Source: Candidatus Woesearchaeota archaeon
Lineage (GTDB): Archaea > Nanobdellota > Nanobdellia > Pacearchaeales > GW2011-AR1
Length of the DNA stretch: 60,335 bases
NCBI GenBank assembly: GCA_964609265.1
Contig: CAZSQR010000001.1
Coordinates: 1 to 60,335 of the forward strand
Direction of reading: 5' to 3'
Part shown: one piece after another, positions 26,128 through 35,768 of the stretch
Numbering within the stretch: position 1 is the stretch's first letter
Layout: each line of letters opens with the position of its first letter
The notes under the pieces: model-generated
The model's database searches: none
The model's input: only the letters and a program-made list of their open reading frames with translations
What the model was told of the DNA's origin: nothing
Program-made: the position numbers and the translations under genes

Positions 26128-27279
26128 TCACCACCACAAACCCCAGACTTCCCGTATAATCCCAAATAAAAAAATCAGACTCAAAAATCCAATCACCCAC
26201 CAATTAATAGGAATTGAATACTCTGGCTTTCTGTCTCCTTTCTTTTTAGAAACAATGTTCATCACCAATATAAGTATTCCTGCAACGCCCCCGGAAATCG
26301 CACCTCCAATTCCAAGAATTTTTACAAAACCCGCCAGACCAAAAAAACTGATTAAAAGATAAGCAATCAGAGGAACAATAGAGACATAAAAAAATGAAAT
26401 TTTCCTTTTTTTCAAATCAAAGATAAAATAATCTCTTAAAGCAAAACTCAGGACAAAAAAACTTGTTGACATTGTGAAAATCCCCAATAGAAATAAAAAC
26501 TTCCCAAAAGAACCTGAAAAAGAAAGAGTTGCAACCTCCGCAGCACCCCTCCCAAGAACCCCAACAAAAACAAAACTAAACAGAATATACAAAACAACTG
26601 GGATCAAAACCCCTAAAAGAATAGCGCCTTTAAGCATTTTCCTTTCATCACCAATTTCAAGTCTCATTTCAGGAACAGAATCGAAACCTAATAATGCAAA
26701 AAGCACAACACCAAAAGGAAGAAATATATTGAAAATTCCAAAAGAGTCTAAAGAGGTAATATTTTTCATCTGCACATCTGGCAAAAGAAGAAAAGACACA
26801 ATGAATATTATAAATATTACAGAAATAACCCCCCAGAACTCAAAATTTTTCAGGCGTCTTACACCGCTCTTACTTAAAAAAGAAGTCATCAAAACCCAGA
26901 AAGCAATTCCAAAAAACAATGAATATTCAAAATTTTCAAAAAGAAGTTTTGAAAGGCTTTGCCCTTCACCTATTATGTATGCGACCAAAGCAGAGTAAAT
27001 TCCAAAAACAATTGCAATTGACATGGCCTTTCTTCCCCATCTTCCAAGATATTTTGATGAATACCCAGGAAGCTGATGGGTTTCTTTTGTTCTTAATGTG
27101 ATTTCCCCCAAATACAAATTTATTAAAATCATCACAAGCCCAAGAAAAACAAGCCAGAATAAGCCGATAAAAAATCCGGCCTGCGCAAAGATATAAGGAA
27201 GCCCGAGAATTCCGGCTCCGATAATTGTTCCTGTAAGTGTGAATGCTGTTGAAAAAAACTTCCTCTTTTTTGATTCCAT
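26128..27279 (-). CDS. Amino-acid transporter (Trp/Tyr-permease/AAAP-like, about 11 TM)
   Basis: FTLTGTIIGAGILGLPYIFAQAGF N-terminal signature. Highly hydrophobic throughout. Confidence 0.75.
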   Translation of the reverse strand: MESKKRKFFSTAFTLTGTIIGAGILGLPYIFAQAGFFIGLFWLVFLGLVMILINLYLGEITLRTKETHQLPGYSSKYLGRWGRKAMSIAIVFGIYSALVAYIIGEGQSLSKLLFENFEYSLFFGIAFWVLMTSFLSKSGVRRLKNFEFWGVISVIFIIFIVSFLLLPDVQMKNITSLDSFGIFNIFLPFGVVLFALLGFDSVPEMRLEIGDERKMLKGAILLGVLIPVVLYILFSFVFVGVLGRGAAEVATLSFSGSFGKFLFLLGIFTMSTSFFVLSFALRDYFIFDLKKRKISFFYVSIVPLIAYLLISFFGLAGFVKILGIGGAISGGVAGILILVMNIVSKKKGDRKPEYSIPINWWVIGFLSLIFLFGIIREVWGLWW

Positions 27280-27293
27280 TCTTCCTTACTTAA

Positions 27294-27422
27294 TGGGTCT
27301 GCCAGGACTCGAACCTGGATCAACGGGGTTTTCCGAAGTTCGCTCGCGTTATAGTAAGGCAAAATGTCTCTCGCAAACTCCCTCGCCGAAACCCGTCATT
27401 CTATCCATTGAACTACAGACCC
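27294..27422 (-). tRNA. tRNA-Arg (anticodon UCG, tentative) with an intron of about 55 nt
   Basis: Reverse complement gggtctgtagttcaatggatagaatgacgggttTCGg...[intron]...cccgttgatccaggttcgagtcctggcagaccca. Acceptor gggtctg/cagaccc, T arm ccagg-ttcgagt-cctgg. The anticodon call assumes the canonical 37/38 intron site. Confidence 0.7.
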
Positions 27423-27472
27423 TAAAAGAAAAAATAAGTTAGCTTTTTATATGTTAAGATTTTAGTATTAAA

Positions 27473-28372
27473 ATGGTAATAAGAAAATTTCGGGAGAAGA
27501 GTAACCAGTCCGTCAATCATGCACGATTAAAAAAGCACCATAAATGGATGATTGGAAGTTTTACATCCTTGGTGATTATTTTCATGGTGATTATGGGGAT
27601 ACTCTTAAATGGTTTAATTGTAAAGCAAAGTGTTGATTATACAACCCTAACTAATAAAATTAATGAACTCCAGACAAATATTCAGAGCCAGATAAATCTT
27701 TTGTCAGGAAGTCTTGCAGACACACAACTAAATCTTGAAGAAAATCAACAACAGTTAAGTCTGTTAAAAGCGTCTGTAGGGGAGGACTTTTCAGGAATCT
27801 ACTCGAACTCTGTCGATTCTGTAGTTATTATCTCAACAGACACAGGACAGGGAACAGGATTTATAATTGATGAAGAGGGATATATTGTAACAAATTATCA
27901 TGTGATAGAAGGCGCGACAAGAGCAGGAATTTACACGTCTGACGAAGAAGGTCCTTATCAAGTCGCATTGATAGGAAAAGATGTTTTTATGGATTTAGCT
28001 TTATTGAAAATTGATGGAGATTTTGAGGAATTAGAATTAGGAGACTCTAAAAAAATCCAGGTAGGAGAGAAAGTAATTGCAATAGGCAATCCTTACGGCT
28101 TGCAGTTCTCTGCGACAAGCGGCTCTGTCTCGCAAGTTCACAGGAAAGGTCCGAACGGACTTGAAGCATATGTACAGATAGATGCTGCGATAAACCCAGG
28201 AAATTCAGGAGGTCCGTTGATAAACAAGCAGGGAGAAGTAATAGGAATTGTAAACTTTAAGATAGGAGGAGAGGCAGAAGGGCTTGGATTCGCGCTTGAA
28301 TCAAATTATATAAAAGAGACTACCAATGAAATTTCAGAAAGAGAATTAAATATCACGCTGATAGACAACTAA
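27473..28372 (+). CDS. Membrane-anchored trypsin-like serine protease (S1C/HtrA-like, no PDZ seen)
   Basis: N-terminal TM. Catalytic triad contexts are TNYHVIEGA, DLALLKI and GNSGGPLIN. Confidence 0.8.
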   Translation: MVIRKFREKSNQSVNHARLKKHHKWMIGSFTSLVIIFMVIMGILLNGLIVKQSVDYTTLTNKINELQTNIQSQINLLSGSLADTQLNLEENQQQLSLLKASVGEDFSGIYSNSVDSVVIISTDTGQGTGFIIDEEGYIVTNYHVIEGATRAGIYTSDEEGPYQVALIGKDVFMDLALLKIDGDFEELELGDSKKIQVGEKVIAIGNPYGLQFSATSGSVSQVHRKGPNGLEAYVQIDAAINPGNSGGPLINKQGEVIGIVNFKIGGEAEGLGFALESNYIKETTNEISERELNITLIDN

Positions 28373-28380
28373 ATAAAAAA

Positions 28381-29838
28381 ATGAGCAAAAAACCAGAAAA
28401 GCCAAAGACACAGGAAGGCCTGACAGCAAAAAAAACAGAGAATTTTTCAGAATGGTTTCAGCAATTGATACTTAAGGCAGACTTGGCAGATTACACTTCT
28501 GTTTCAGGATGCATTGTGTTTAAGCCAACAGCATGGGCTATCTGGGAAAAGATAAGAGACGAAGTAGATAAAAGAATAAAGAAAATGAATGTAAAAAATG
28601 TTTATTTCCCTATGTTTATCCCAGAGTCTTTGTTAGCCAAAGAAAAAGAGCACATAAAAGGATTTTCTCCAGAAGTTGCATGGGTTACTCATGCAGGTGA
28701 CACAAAGTTAAGTGAAAGGCTAGCTGTAAGACCTACGAGCGAGGCAATAATGTATGAGTCATTTTCAAAATGGATTAGAAGCTGGCGTGACCTTCCATTA
28801 AAATGCAATCAGTGGAGCAATGTGGTAAGATGGGAGTTCAGACATCCTGTTCCTTTTTTTAGAACACGTGAATTTATTTTTAACGAAGGCCATACAGTTT
28901 TCGCAACAAAAAAAGAGGCAGAGGCAGAAGAAATGCAAATAGTGAATATGTACAAAGAGATACTTGAAAAATACATGGCAATTCCAGGTGTGATAGGAAG
29001 AAAAACAGATAAGGAAAAATTCGCAGGAGCAGAATATACAACAACAATTGAGACATACCTCCCTAACGGAAGAATGATTCAAGGTCCTGATTTTCATTAC
29101 GACGGGCAGAATTTTTCAAAAGCATATAACATAAAATTCCTTGATAAGAACGGAAAAGAAGAGTTTGCATGGCAAAACACTTGGGCAATTTCTACAAGAA
29201 TGCTTGGAGTTATGTTCGCCCTTCATTCTGACAACAAAGGACTTGTCCTCCCCCCAACACTCGCTCCAAATAAAATTGTAATTGTCCCAATAAAATTTGA
29301 AAAAAACAAAGAGATTTTAAAAAAAGCCAGAGAAATTTCCAAAAAACTTTCAAGATACGATCCTTTTCTGGATGAAAGACTTGAAGTGACCCCTGGTTAT
29401 AAATTCAATGAGTGGGAACTAAAAGGCATACCTCTGAGAATTGAAATAGGGCCAAACGACTTAAAGAAGAACCAGGTAGTAATTGTCAGAAGAGATAATC
29501 AGAAAAAAACCACGGTAAAAAACAGGGATTTAAGAAAAAAAATAGATTCAGAACTTGAAGAAATGCAGCAAGAACTTTTTAAAAAAGCAAATGAACTTCT
29601 CCGGAAAAATCTTTCCAAGGCAGAAAGCCTTCAGGACGCTGTAAAAAAAATAAATCAGAAAAAAGTTGTTCTTGTTCCTCTAAAAAATTCAAAAGATATT
29701 GAAGATATTCTAAAGGAAAAAACAAAAGGGGCAAAAACACTCAACAGACCAATGAACCAGCCAAAAATAAAGGGGGAAAAGTGCATCGTCTCAGGAGAGC
29801 AGGCAGATTACTGGGTTTACATAGGGAAAAGCTACTGA
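28381..29838 (+). CDS. proS: Prolyl-tRNA synthetase (archaeal/eukaryal type)
   Basis: FSEWFQQLILKADLADY, RPTSEA, FRTREF and the C-terminal Zn-domain tail ending ...YWVYIGKSY. Confidence 0.92.
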   Translation: MSKKPEKPKTQEGLTAKKTENFSEWFQQLILKADLADYTSVSGCIVFKPTAWAIWEKIRDEVDKRIKKMNVKNVYFPMFIPESLLAKEKEHIKGFSPEVAWVTHAGDTKLSERLAVRPTSEAIMYESFSKWIRSWRDLPLKCNQWSNVVRWEFRHPVPFFRTREFIFNEGHTVFATKKEAEAEEMQIVNMYKEILEKYMAIPGVIGRKTDKEKFAGAEYTTTIETYLPNGRMIQGPDFHYDGQNFSKAYNIKFLDKNGKEEFAWQNTWAISTRMLGVMFALHSDNKGLVLPPTLAPNKIVIVPIKFEKNKEILKKAREISKKLSRYDPFLDERLEVTPGYKFNEWELKGIPLRIEIGPNDLKKNQVVIVRRDNQKKTTVKNRDLRKKIDSELEEMQQELFKKANELLRKNLSKAESLQDAVKKINQKKVVLVPLKNSKDIEDILKEKTKGAKTLNRPMNQPKIKGEKCIVSGEQADYWVYIGKSY

Positions 29839-30374
29839 ACTTTATCTGATTAAAAAAGACTTATGAATAATTGTTATAAGTAAAAAGAATCTTAATAGGA
29901 AAATAAAAACCACTAAGTCTGACAAGTATATCAGACTCCCTGTTCTCTTTTTGAATTATTTCTTTGAGTTAGCTTCCTGAAGTGTAAGCTCTAATTCATA
30001 TTCCATCTTGAAAGTAATTTCTATCAATTCATTAAGCTCTCTTTCAAGAAGCTCTTTATCGTCTTTCTCTTTTGTCTCTAAAAAGGTTTCCATTTTCTCA
30101 AAACCCAATTAATTCAGAAATCTCTTGCCAAGGCTCAAATTGATATAGAAAACACTCAATTCAATTCAAGCCCATGGAAGTGACCTGATTAAATTGAGTA
30201 GGTTTTAATTATTGTGAAAACTAGAGAACATCTTCCCACAACAGGATTTAAATGCCATTCAAAGTTTTTCTCCAGTCTTCTACTCATGCTCCCACTAAGA
30301 AAAATCGGTTTTTATATATTTCTATTTTCAATACTCATTGCGTAGTGGATAATTTTTAATTCTCTACGGCGAAT

Positions 30375-31424
30375 TTAAAATTTTTTAAGGTTTTCCCTGA
30401 ACTTTTCAATATCATCAACATTTATTTGTCCTCCAATAGCATCTTCATGCCCGCCTCCGCGCGCTCCTTCAATGTCCTTAATAACTTCCAAGAAAATTTT
30501 TCTTGATTTTTTACCACGCATTGAAATATTTGCTTTTACTCCCTTAATATAAACAACAATAATTATTTTTTCAGGAAAAATATAACTCAGCTCGTTTGCC
30601 AAATCCGCGCTAATACTTAAATCACCCCCATACTGAAAAAAAAGCATTTTTTTCTGACCCTTTCCAACCGAAACCGCCTTTGTAAAAAGTTTTTTGTATT
30701 TTGATTCTATTTGTTTGAATCTGTGATGTAAAGAACGATTCTTGCTGTTTTCCTCAAGAACCTCGTAAGGACTTTTCGCCTTAATCAAAAATCTTATCAT
30801 ATTCATCACATTTGTTGTTCTGTCTTTAAGTCCTGCCCCAATAATCCTCGCAACTCTTCCAATTTGAGACTTATAATAAACATCCATAGCATTTTTTTCT
30901 TTTCCTTTTCTTCTGATAGTTAAATCAGGATATTTTTTTTCAAACTCGCTATAAAATTTTGGGAAGAATTTGTCAGAAATACAGCCCGCAACAGAAATCC
31001 ACAAATCTTCTTTTTTTTCTGTTATCTGATAACACAAAGCTGTCACAGGCTCTGATTTTTTTGTTCTGTTAAACAAAGGATTATAATAATTAACAAAGGC
31101 AGGAATTTTTTTGGTATCTGCAAGATGATGGTCTATCCACACAACAGGCAGATTATGTCTTTCTGCCTCGGCAAAAAAATCTTCAGAGACAACAGGTTTA
31201 TCGAGAATAAAAATATAATCTGACTTAAACTCGTGAATTTTTCTGAAAAATTCTGCAGTTAACTCTGGAAAAGATTTTATTGGAACCCCTTTCCCTCTGT
31301 CAAGATACCTTCTTAATAAAAGAAAAGAACACAGTCCATCCTGATCATTATCAAAAAAGAAAACCGGATTCTGAGCGTTGTTAAGGTGCTCTTTAATTTC
31401 CCTGATTTGTTTTTTTGTAAGCAT
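30375..31424 (-). CDS. DHH/DHHA1-family phosphoesterase (NrnA/Pde2-like size)
   Basis: FFFDNDQDGLCS (DxD), VWIDHHLAD (DHH), GGGHEDAIGG (DHHA1 GGGH). 349 aa. Confidence 0.75.
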   Translation of the reverse strand: MLTKKQIREIKEHLNNAQNPVFFFDNDQDGLCSFLLLRRYLDRGKGVPIKSFPELTAEFFRKIHEFKSDYIFILDKPVVSEDFFAEAERHNLPVVWIDHHLADTKKIPAFVNYYNPLFNRTKKSEPVTALCYQITEKKEDLWISVAGCISDKFFPKFYSEFEKKYPDLTIRRKGKEKNAMDVYYKSQIGRVARIIGAGLKDRTTNVMNMIRFLIKAKSPYEVLEENSKNRSLHHRFKQIESKYKKLFTKAVSVGKGQKKMLFFQYGGDLSISADLANELSYIFPEKIIIVVYIKGVKANISMRGKKSRKIFLEVIKDIEGARGGGHEDAIGGQINVDDIEKFRENLKKF

Positions 31425-31502
31425 TGTTTATAATTAAAAAAACATGGCTTATAAATTTTTATTAAAAAATAGCATTTCATTCCCCTCATCCAAATTAACA
31501 CT

Positions 31503-32618
31503 TCAAATTTTCTTTCCCATAAGTATTTTCTCTTTCAGGTTTTTTATCTCTTCCATAAAAGATTCCACAAAATTCTCGTTCTTGAAAATACTTTTTAAAG
31601 ACTCTTTATCAATATTAAAAATCTTGTCAAGTGTTTTTAAATTATCAAGGAGGGTTTTGATATCTTTTTTAAGGAGGTTTGTTTTTTTTAGAATTCTCGT
31701 TCCCTTTGATGCAACAGGTTTGTCGTGTAACTCATCAAAAAGCATTCTCAAAACATTGGATGTCTCAAGCAAAAAATCAAAGTTCATATTACGCAGAATT
31801 TCGTCTTTTTTTGACCTGCCAGAACTGAAATAATCTTTGATTATGCTTTCTCTCTGCTTGCTAAGACTTCTTGTAAGCTCTTTAAGTCTCATGCTAACAA
31901 TCACTCCTTCTTTTCCAAGCTCAACAAGGTACTTTTTAACATTTTCAGAAATCCTTCTTATTATCTCGGCAGTCTGCAGAACATTACAGACATCACTCAT
32001 TGTAGTCAAACCTGTAATTTCAAGAACATTCAGATGAGAGAGTAATTCATCAAATATCTCTTTTTGTTTTTCAAGAATCTGGAGAGTTTCCGCAGCCCTT
32101 CTCAAAATCTCTGAAGTCTCTTCAAGATAATGGCTTTCATCTCCAAGATAAATTGTTATCTTTTTTCTTCTTTCAGAAACAGCAACGACAATTGTGTTGA
32201 ATTGTTTGGCGGTTCTTTCTGCTGCTTTATGTCTTGTTCCTGTCTCTTTTGAATTAATTTTACTGCTTGGGGTTAAAAGAGTATTTGCATACAGGATTTT
32301 TTTCAAATCTTTTGAAAGTATAATAGCTCCATCCATTTTTGCAAGTTCAATAAGCTTCTGAGGGGTAAATTTGCAATTAATTTTAAACCCTCCCTCAACA
32401 ATATCTAAGAGACCCTCTTTTTCAAAAACAATCAAAGCACCCATTTCCGCGTGGAGCATATCATCAAGAGCGGTTCTTATCGCTGCTCCAGGTGAAAAAT
32501 TTTTCAAGATGTCCGTGAGGTTTTTTTCTTCGTCAGAAACTTTTTTGCTTTTCCCTATCTGGCTCTTCACTGTCTGTTTTTCAGACTGCTCCATTGATTG
32601 AGATATTTGGTTTGTCAT
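31503..32618 (-). CDS. disA: DisA-type diadenylate cyclase (DAC domain + helical linker + degenerate C-terminal domain)
   Basis: GALIVF...GGF, LIELAKMDGAIILS, ETGTRHKAAERTAKQ..VVAVSERRKKITIY. The start was moved to ATG 32618 (MTNQ...), which is 26 nt downstream of a TATA-like box. The ORF track starts at 32657. Confidence 0.8.
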   Translation of the reverse strand: MTNQISQSMEQSEKQTVKSQIGKSKKVSDEEKNLTDILKNFSPGAAIRTALDDMLHAEMGALIVFEKEGLLDIVEGGFKINCKFTPQKLIELAKMDGAIILSKDLKKILYANTLLTPSSKINSKETGTRHKAAERTAKQFNTIVVAVSERRKKITIYLGDESHYLEETSEILRRAAETLQILEKQKEIFDELLSHLNVLEITGLTTMSDVCNVLQTAEIIRRISENVKKYLVELGKEGVIVSMRLKELTRSLSKQRESIIKDYFSSGRSKKDEILRNMNFDFLLETSNVLRMLFDELHDKPVASKGTRILKKTNLLKKDIKTLLDNLKTLDKIFNIDKESLKSIFKNENFVESFMEEIKNLKEKILMGKKI

Positions 32619-32636
32619 GTAACTAAAACAAACCAA

Positions 32637-32650
32637 ATATATATAAACTT
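32637..32650 (-). promoter_or_regulatory. TATA-like box upstream of disA
   Basis: Minus-strand aagtttatatatat, centred 26 nt upstream of ATG 32618. Confidence 0.5.
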
Positions 32651-32678
32651 TTAGCAAAAATATAAAAAAATTTCATAT

Positions 32679-33689
32679 TTAACTGAACTTGGGATTATTT
32701 CTGACAAATCCCTCGGCAACAAGAATCGGAAAGAGGATAGTCGCATCACCAAATACTTTTATTCTTTTGCTTTTCGGGGTCAGTTTTCCCCACGAAACAG
32801 CTTCTTCAGGAAGAGCTCCTGCATCGCTTCCATCAAATTCCATAGAATTATTTATATAAACAGCATAATCAGCCCCGTTCCTGTACATATTTGCATTAAG
32901 AATACTGTGCTTGATAACTCCTGAGCCAAGAGCTATTATCCCTGATTTTTTCAGTCCTATTGTTGAATTATTAAACTCGCGCGTGTCTTCTGAAATATCA
33001 ACACAGAAATCTTCTCTTTTACTTTTGAAAAAATAAATCATATCACCGAGACTTCCATCCATTATTGTCGGGCAGTGTATTTTGATTTTGTTTTTCCACG
33101 CCCAATAACAAATGCTTTTAGGGTTATCAATTTTTTCTCCAAGTTTCCATACAATTTCATAAGTTAAAACAGGTTTGTTTCTCCTTTTCTGCTCCTGGTA
33201 AAGCTCTTCTAAAAAAGGCATAACAAAATTTTCAAAGGCAACATATCTTGAATTTGAGACAAAGATATTTCCTATTCTGTTTATTGCTTTTTCTCTTAGC
33301 TCAGCCCCGTTAACTTTAAAATCACCCAAAACGAAATCGCCAAGACATTTTATTATATCTTCCTCTACGCCACCGCCGGTTGTAACACAAATGTCAACTT
33401 TTTTATGTTCAACAAGCCATCTTATCACCTCTCTTAAACCTGAACTGACCATGTTTGACGTATATCCAAAATAAATTTTTGCCTTGTCTTTCTGCATCTC
33501 TCTAACAATTTCTATCGCCTTTGATAAATTGCTTGCCTGAAAACCGCTGCCTGAAAAACTTCTTACAATTTTTTCATAATCCAGACCTTTGTTAAAATCA
33601 TATCCCTTTATGACAACTCCTGAAATTTCCTCTCCTTTTTTAAAGAGGTTTTTTCTTGCAATTTCTTCTTTTTTTGTTTGTTTTTTCAT
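32679..33689 (-). CDS. dys: Deoxyhypusine synthase
   Basis: GYTSNMVSSGLREVIRWLVEHKKVDICVTTGGGVEEDIIKC and DGSLGDM motifs. Confidence 0.9.
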   Translation of the reverse strand: MKKQTKKEEIARKNLFKKGEEISGVVIKGYDFNKGLDYEKIVRSFSGSGFQASNLSKAIEIVREMQKDKAKIYFGYTSNMVSSGLREVIRWLVEHKKVDICVTTGGGVEEDIIKCLGDFVLGDFKVNGAELREKAINRIGNIFVSNSRYVAFENFVMPFLEELYQEQKRRNKPVLTYEIVWKLGEKIDNPKSICYWAWKNKIKIHCPTIMDGSLGDMIYFFKSKREDFCVDISEDTREFNNSTIGLKKSGIIALGSGVIKHSILNANMYRNGADYAVYINNSMEFDGSDAGALPEEAVSWGKLTPKSKRIKVFGDATILFPILVAEGFVRNNPKFS

Positions 33690-33926
33690 TTTTTTCTTAG
33701 TTTAGATTAGTTTAATTTTGAGAATAAAGACAAAAGGATTGATTATTTAAGCGCAGCTAAAAAGTTCGCAGAAAAATTGGGATTGCCAAGCTTTCAGATA
33801 AATCCGCAGTTAAGTCCATACAAATAAAAAAATAGGGAACTTATAAATCTATCATTAGAATTTTGCCTAAGAAAACAGATAATCTACCACAAAAATCTTT
33901 TTAAATAGAAGAACTTAAAGATATAT

Positions 33927-34142
33927 ATGAATAAATGGTCTGAACTTATAATTGGTTTGATTCTTCTTACAGCTGTGATTATGATCGGATGGGCTTCTTC
34001 AGCATACTCATGGACATTACTTGGAAAAGACTTTAATCTTTTACATTCTGCATGGGTTTTTCTGAAGGGAGGAATTTTCTGGCTTGCTGCCATGATAGCT
34101 GTTCTTTTAATTGTTTTAGGAATAAATGATTTAAAAGATTAA
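33927..34142 (+). CDS. Small membrane protein (2 TM)
   Basis: Hydrophobic segments LIIGLILLTAVIMIGW and IFWLAAMIAVLLIVLGI. Confidence 0.4.
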   Translation: MNKWSELIIGLILLTAVIMIGWASSAYSWTLLGKDFNLLHSAWVFLKGGIFWLAAMIAVLLIVLGINDLKD

Positions 34143-34247
34143 ATAAAATAAAATTAAAGTTATTACTATTTCTGTAAATAAAGAAAATAGATTATTAATT
34201 AGTTTTTGCTAAAATTTTTCTAAATAAAAAATAAAAAAGAAAGAGTT

Positions 34248-34397
34248 TTAATCAGTAAGCAAACCAACTATTGCTGCAACTGCTCCGCCAATCAGTGGAA
34301 GGTATAAGTTAGGACTCATTCCAGGTCCACCATAAAACTGACCAACTACCGCCACAACACCTCCAAGAACAATTACTCCTTTTTTCCAAACAGCCAT
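34248..34397 (-). CDS. Small Gly-rich membrane protein (49 aa)
   Basis: Below track cutoff. MAVWKKGVIVLGGVVAVVGQFYGGPGMSPNLYLPLIGGAVAAIVGLLTD, preceded by GGAGG (plus 34404-34408). Confidence 0.4.
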   Translation of the reverse strand: MAVWKKGVIVLGGVVAVVGQFYGGPGMSPNLYLPLIGGAVAAIVGLLTD

Positions 34398-34454
34398 TTT
34401 AACCTCCTTTTATTTTTAATTAATACAAATCAGTAGAAATAGAGGTATATAAAT

Positions 34455-35093
34455 CTAATTACTTAAGAAAAAAATAAGACTTCCTTCTATAAGAGCAGCG
34501 AGAATTAAAAGTGGGATTACTACAAAAATAAAGACCCTCAGAGAATTAAAAAAATAATTTTTAAGAGATTCCCATTTACTCTCTCTAAAAATAAAACTTC
34601 CTAATTTCAGCCCAAGCCCAATAGAAACAAACAAAGCAGGAAGCTCAAAAATTCCGTGAGGAAAAAGTCTCCATAAAGTTAAAATTCCATCCGCTTCTAT
34701 GACCCTTATAGCCACAAAACCCAAAAGATATCCGTTTACAACAGCAGTCACTAATGGAAAGATTCCTAACATAACCCCCAAAACCATCCCAAAAAAGGCG
34801 CTTTGAGCATTATTCAACAAAATAAATCCCACCAACTCCCACTGAGACATCCCCTCTGTTTTCTGGAGCATTTCCTCAATAAACTCGAGAATTTTCAATT
34901 CAATTATTTCCGGTGCAGGAACAAAAAATCCAATCAAAATAAAAAATAAGAAAAAGAACACAGCAGCATAAATAAAAATCCTTGATTCTTTAAGATACTG
35001 CCAGCTTTTTCTGTAGCTCTCTTCCAGAAAATTCTTTTTTAATTTACTTGATCTATTCTTACTATGTTTTTTCTTTTTTCTTTTTCTTGGCAT
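34455..35093 (-). CDS. SpoIIM/DUF95-family membrane protein
   Basis: NNAQSAFFGMVLG...VVNGYLLG...FPHGIFELPALFVSIGLGLKLG. Confidence 0.7.
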   Translation of the reverse strand: MPRKRKKKKHSKNRSSKLKKNFLEESYRKSWQYLKESRIFIYAAVFFFLFFILIGFFVPAPEIIELKILEFIEEMLQKTEGMSQWELVGFILLNNAQSAFFGMVLGVMLGIFPLVTAVVNGYLLGFVAIRVIEADGILTLWRLFPHGIFELPALFVSIGLGLKLGSFIFRESKWESLKNYFFNSLRVFIFVVIPLLILAALIEGSLIFFLSN

Positions 35094-35096
35094 TTT

Positions 35097-35762
35097 TTAA
35101 CTGAAAACTTTTTTTAGATATTCTGTTTTTCTTTTATATTTCTTTTTCAGGTATAAGCCATAAATCAGTCCTGCCAAAAGCCCTCCAAAGTGCGCTGTGT
35201 TCCCAATAGGGATATCTCCTGCAACTGAAATAAGCCACAAAACAACCAAAATTCCTGGTCCTGCATATTTCATTTTAATTGGGATAGGAATAAACATAAC
35301 AAAAACAGGAAGATTTGGTGTCAGAAGGACAAGCAAACCAACAAGCCCAAACAATGCTCCTGACGCACCGACGGCAAAAGTGTCAAGGTCAGCTGCAAAA
35401 GCCAAAGAAGACAAAACAAAAAACAATCCTGCAAAAAGACCGGCTACCATATAAAAATAAAAATATCTTTTTCTCCCGAGAATCCTCTCAACAAGACTCC
35501 CTATAAAAAACAAAGAAAACATATTTACAAAAAGATGAAAAAACCCGGCATGCATAAACATGCTTGTAATAAAAGTCCAAATATAATCGCCTTGCAAAAT
35601 ATTTAAAGGTTTTATTGCAATATAATCAATAGGAAAATCCAACCCAATAAGAATCAAAAAAAGAATAAATGTAATAATATTAACAAAAATCAGAATAAGC
35701 GTGATACTAAACATACTGGATATACTTTTTTTCCTCGGAGAATTCCTGTAAGTTCTTGCCAT
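35097..35762 (-). CDS. Rhomboid-family intramembrane serine protease
   Basis: FMHAGFFHLFVNMFSLFFIG, catalytic GASGALFGL, AHFGGLLAG. Confidence 0.85.
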   Translation of the reverse strand: MARTYRNSPRKKSISSMFSITLILIFVNIITFILFLILIGLDFPIDYIAIKPLNILQGDYIWTFITSMFMHAGFFHLFVNMFSLFFIGSLVERILGRKRYFYFYMVAGLFAGLFFVLSSLAFAADLDTFAVGASGALFGLVGLLVLLTPNLPVFVMFIPIPIKMKYAGPGILVVLWLISVAGDIPIGNTAHFGGLLAGLIYGLYLKKKYKRKTEYLKKVFS

Positions 35763-35768
35763 TTCTGA

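Noticed and set aside
26102-27101. Plus-strand ORFs 26102-26362, 26474-26998 and 26919-27101
   Set aside because: Antisense to the 11-TM amino-acid transporter. Their Pro/Lys/Thr-rich low-complexity translations are typical shadows of hydrophobic genes.
27132-27442. ORFs 27132-27362 (-) and 27239-27442 (+)
   Set aside because: They overlap the intron-containing tRNA-Arg locus and the transporter start. The GC-richer tRNA sequence creates open frames by chance.
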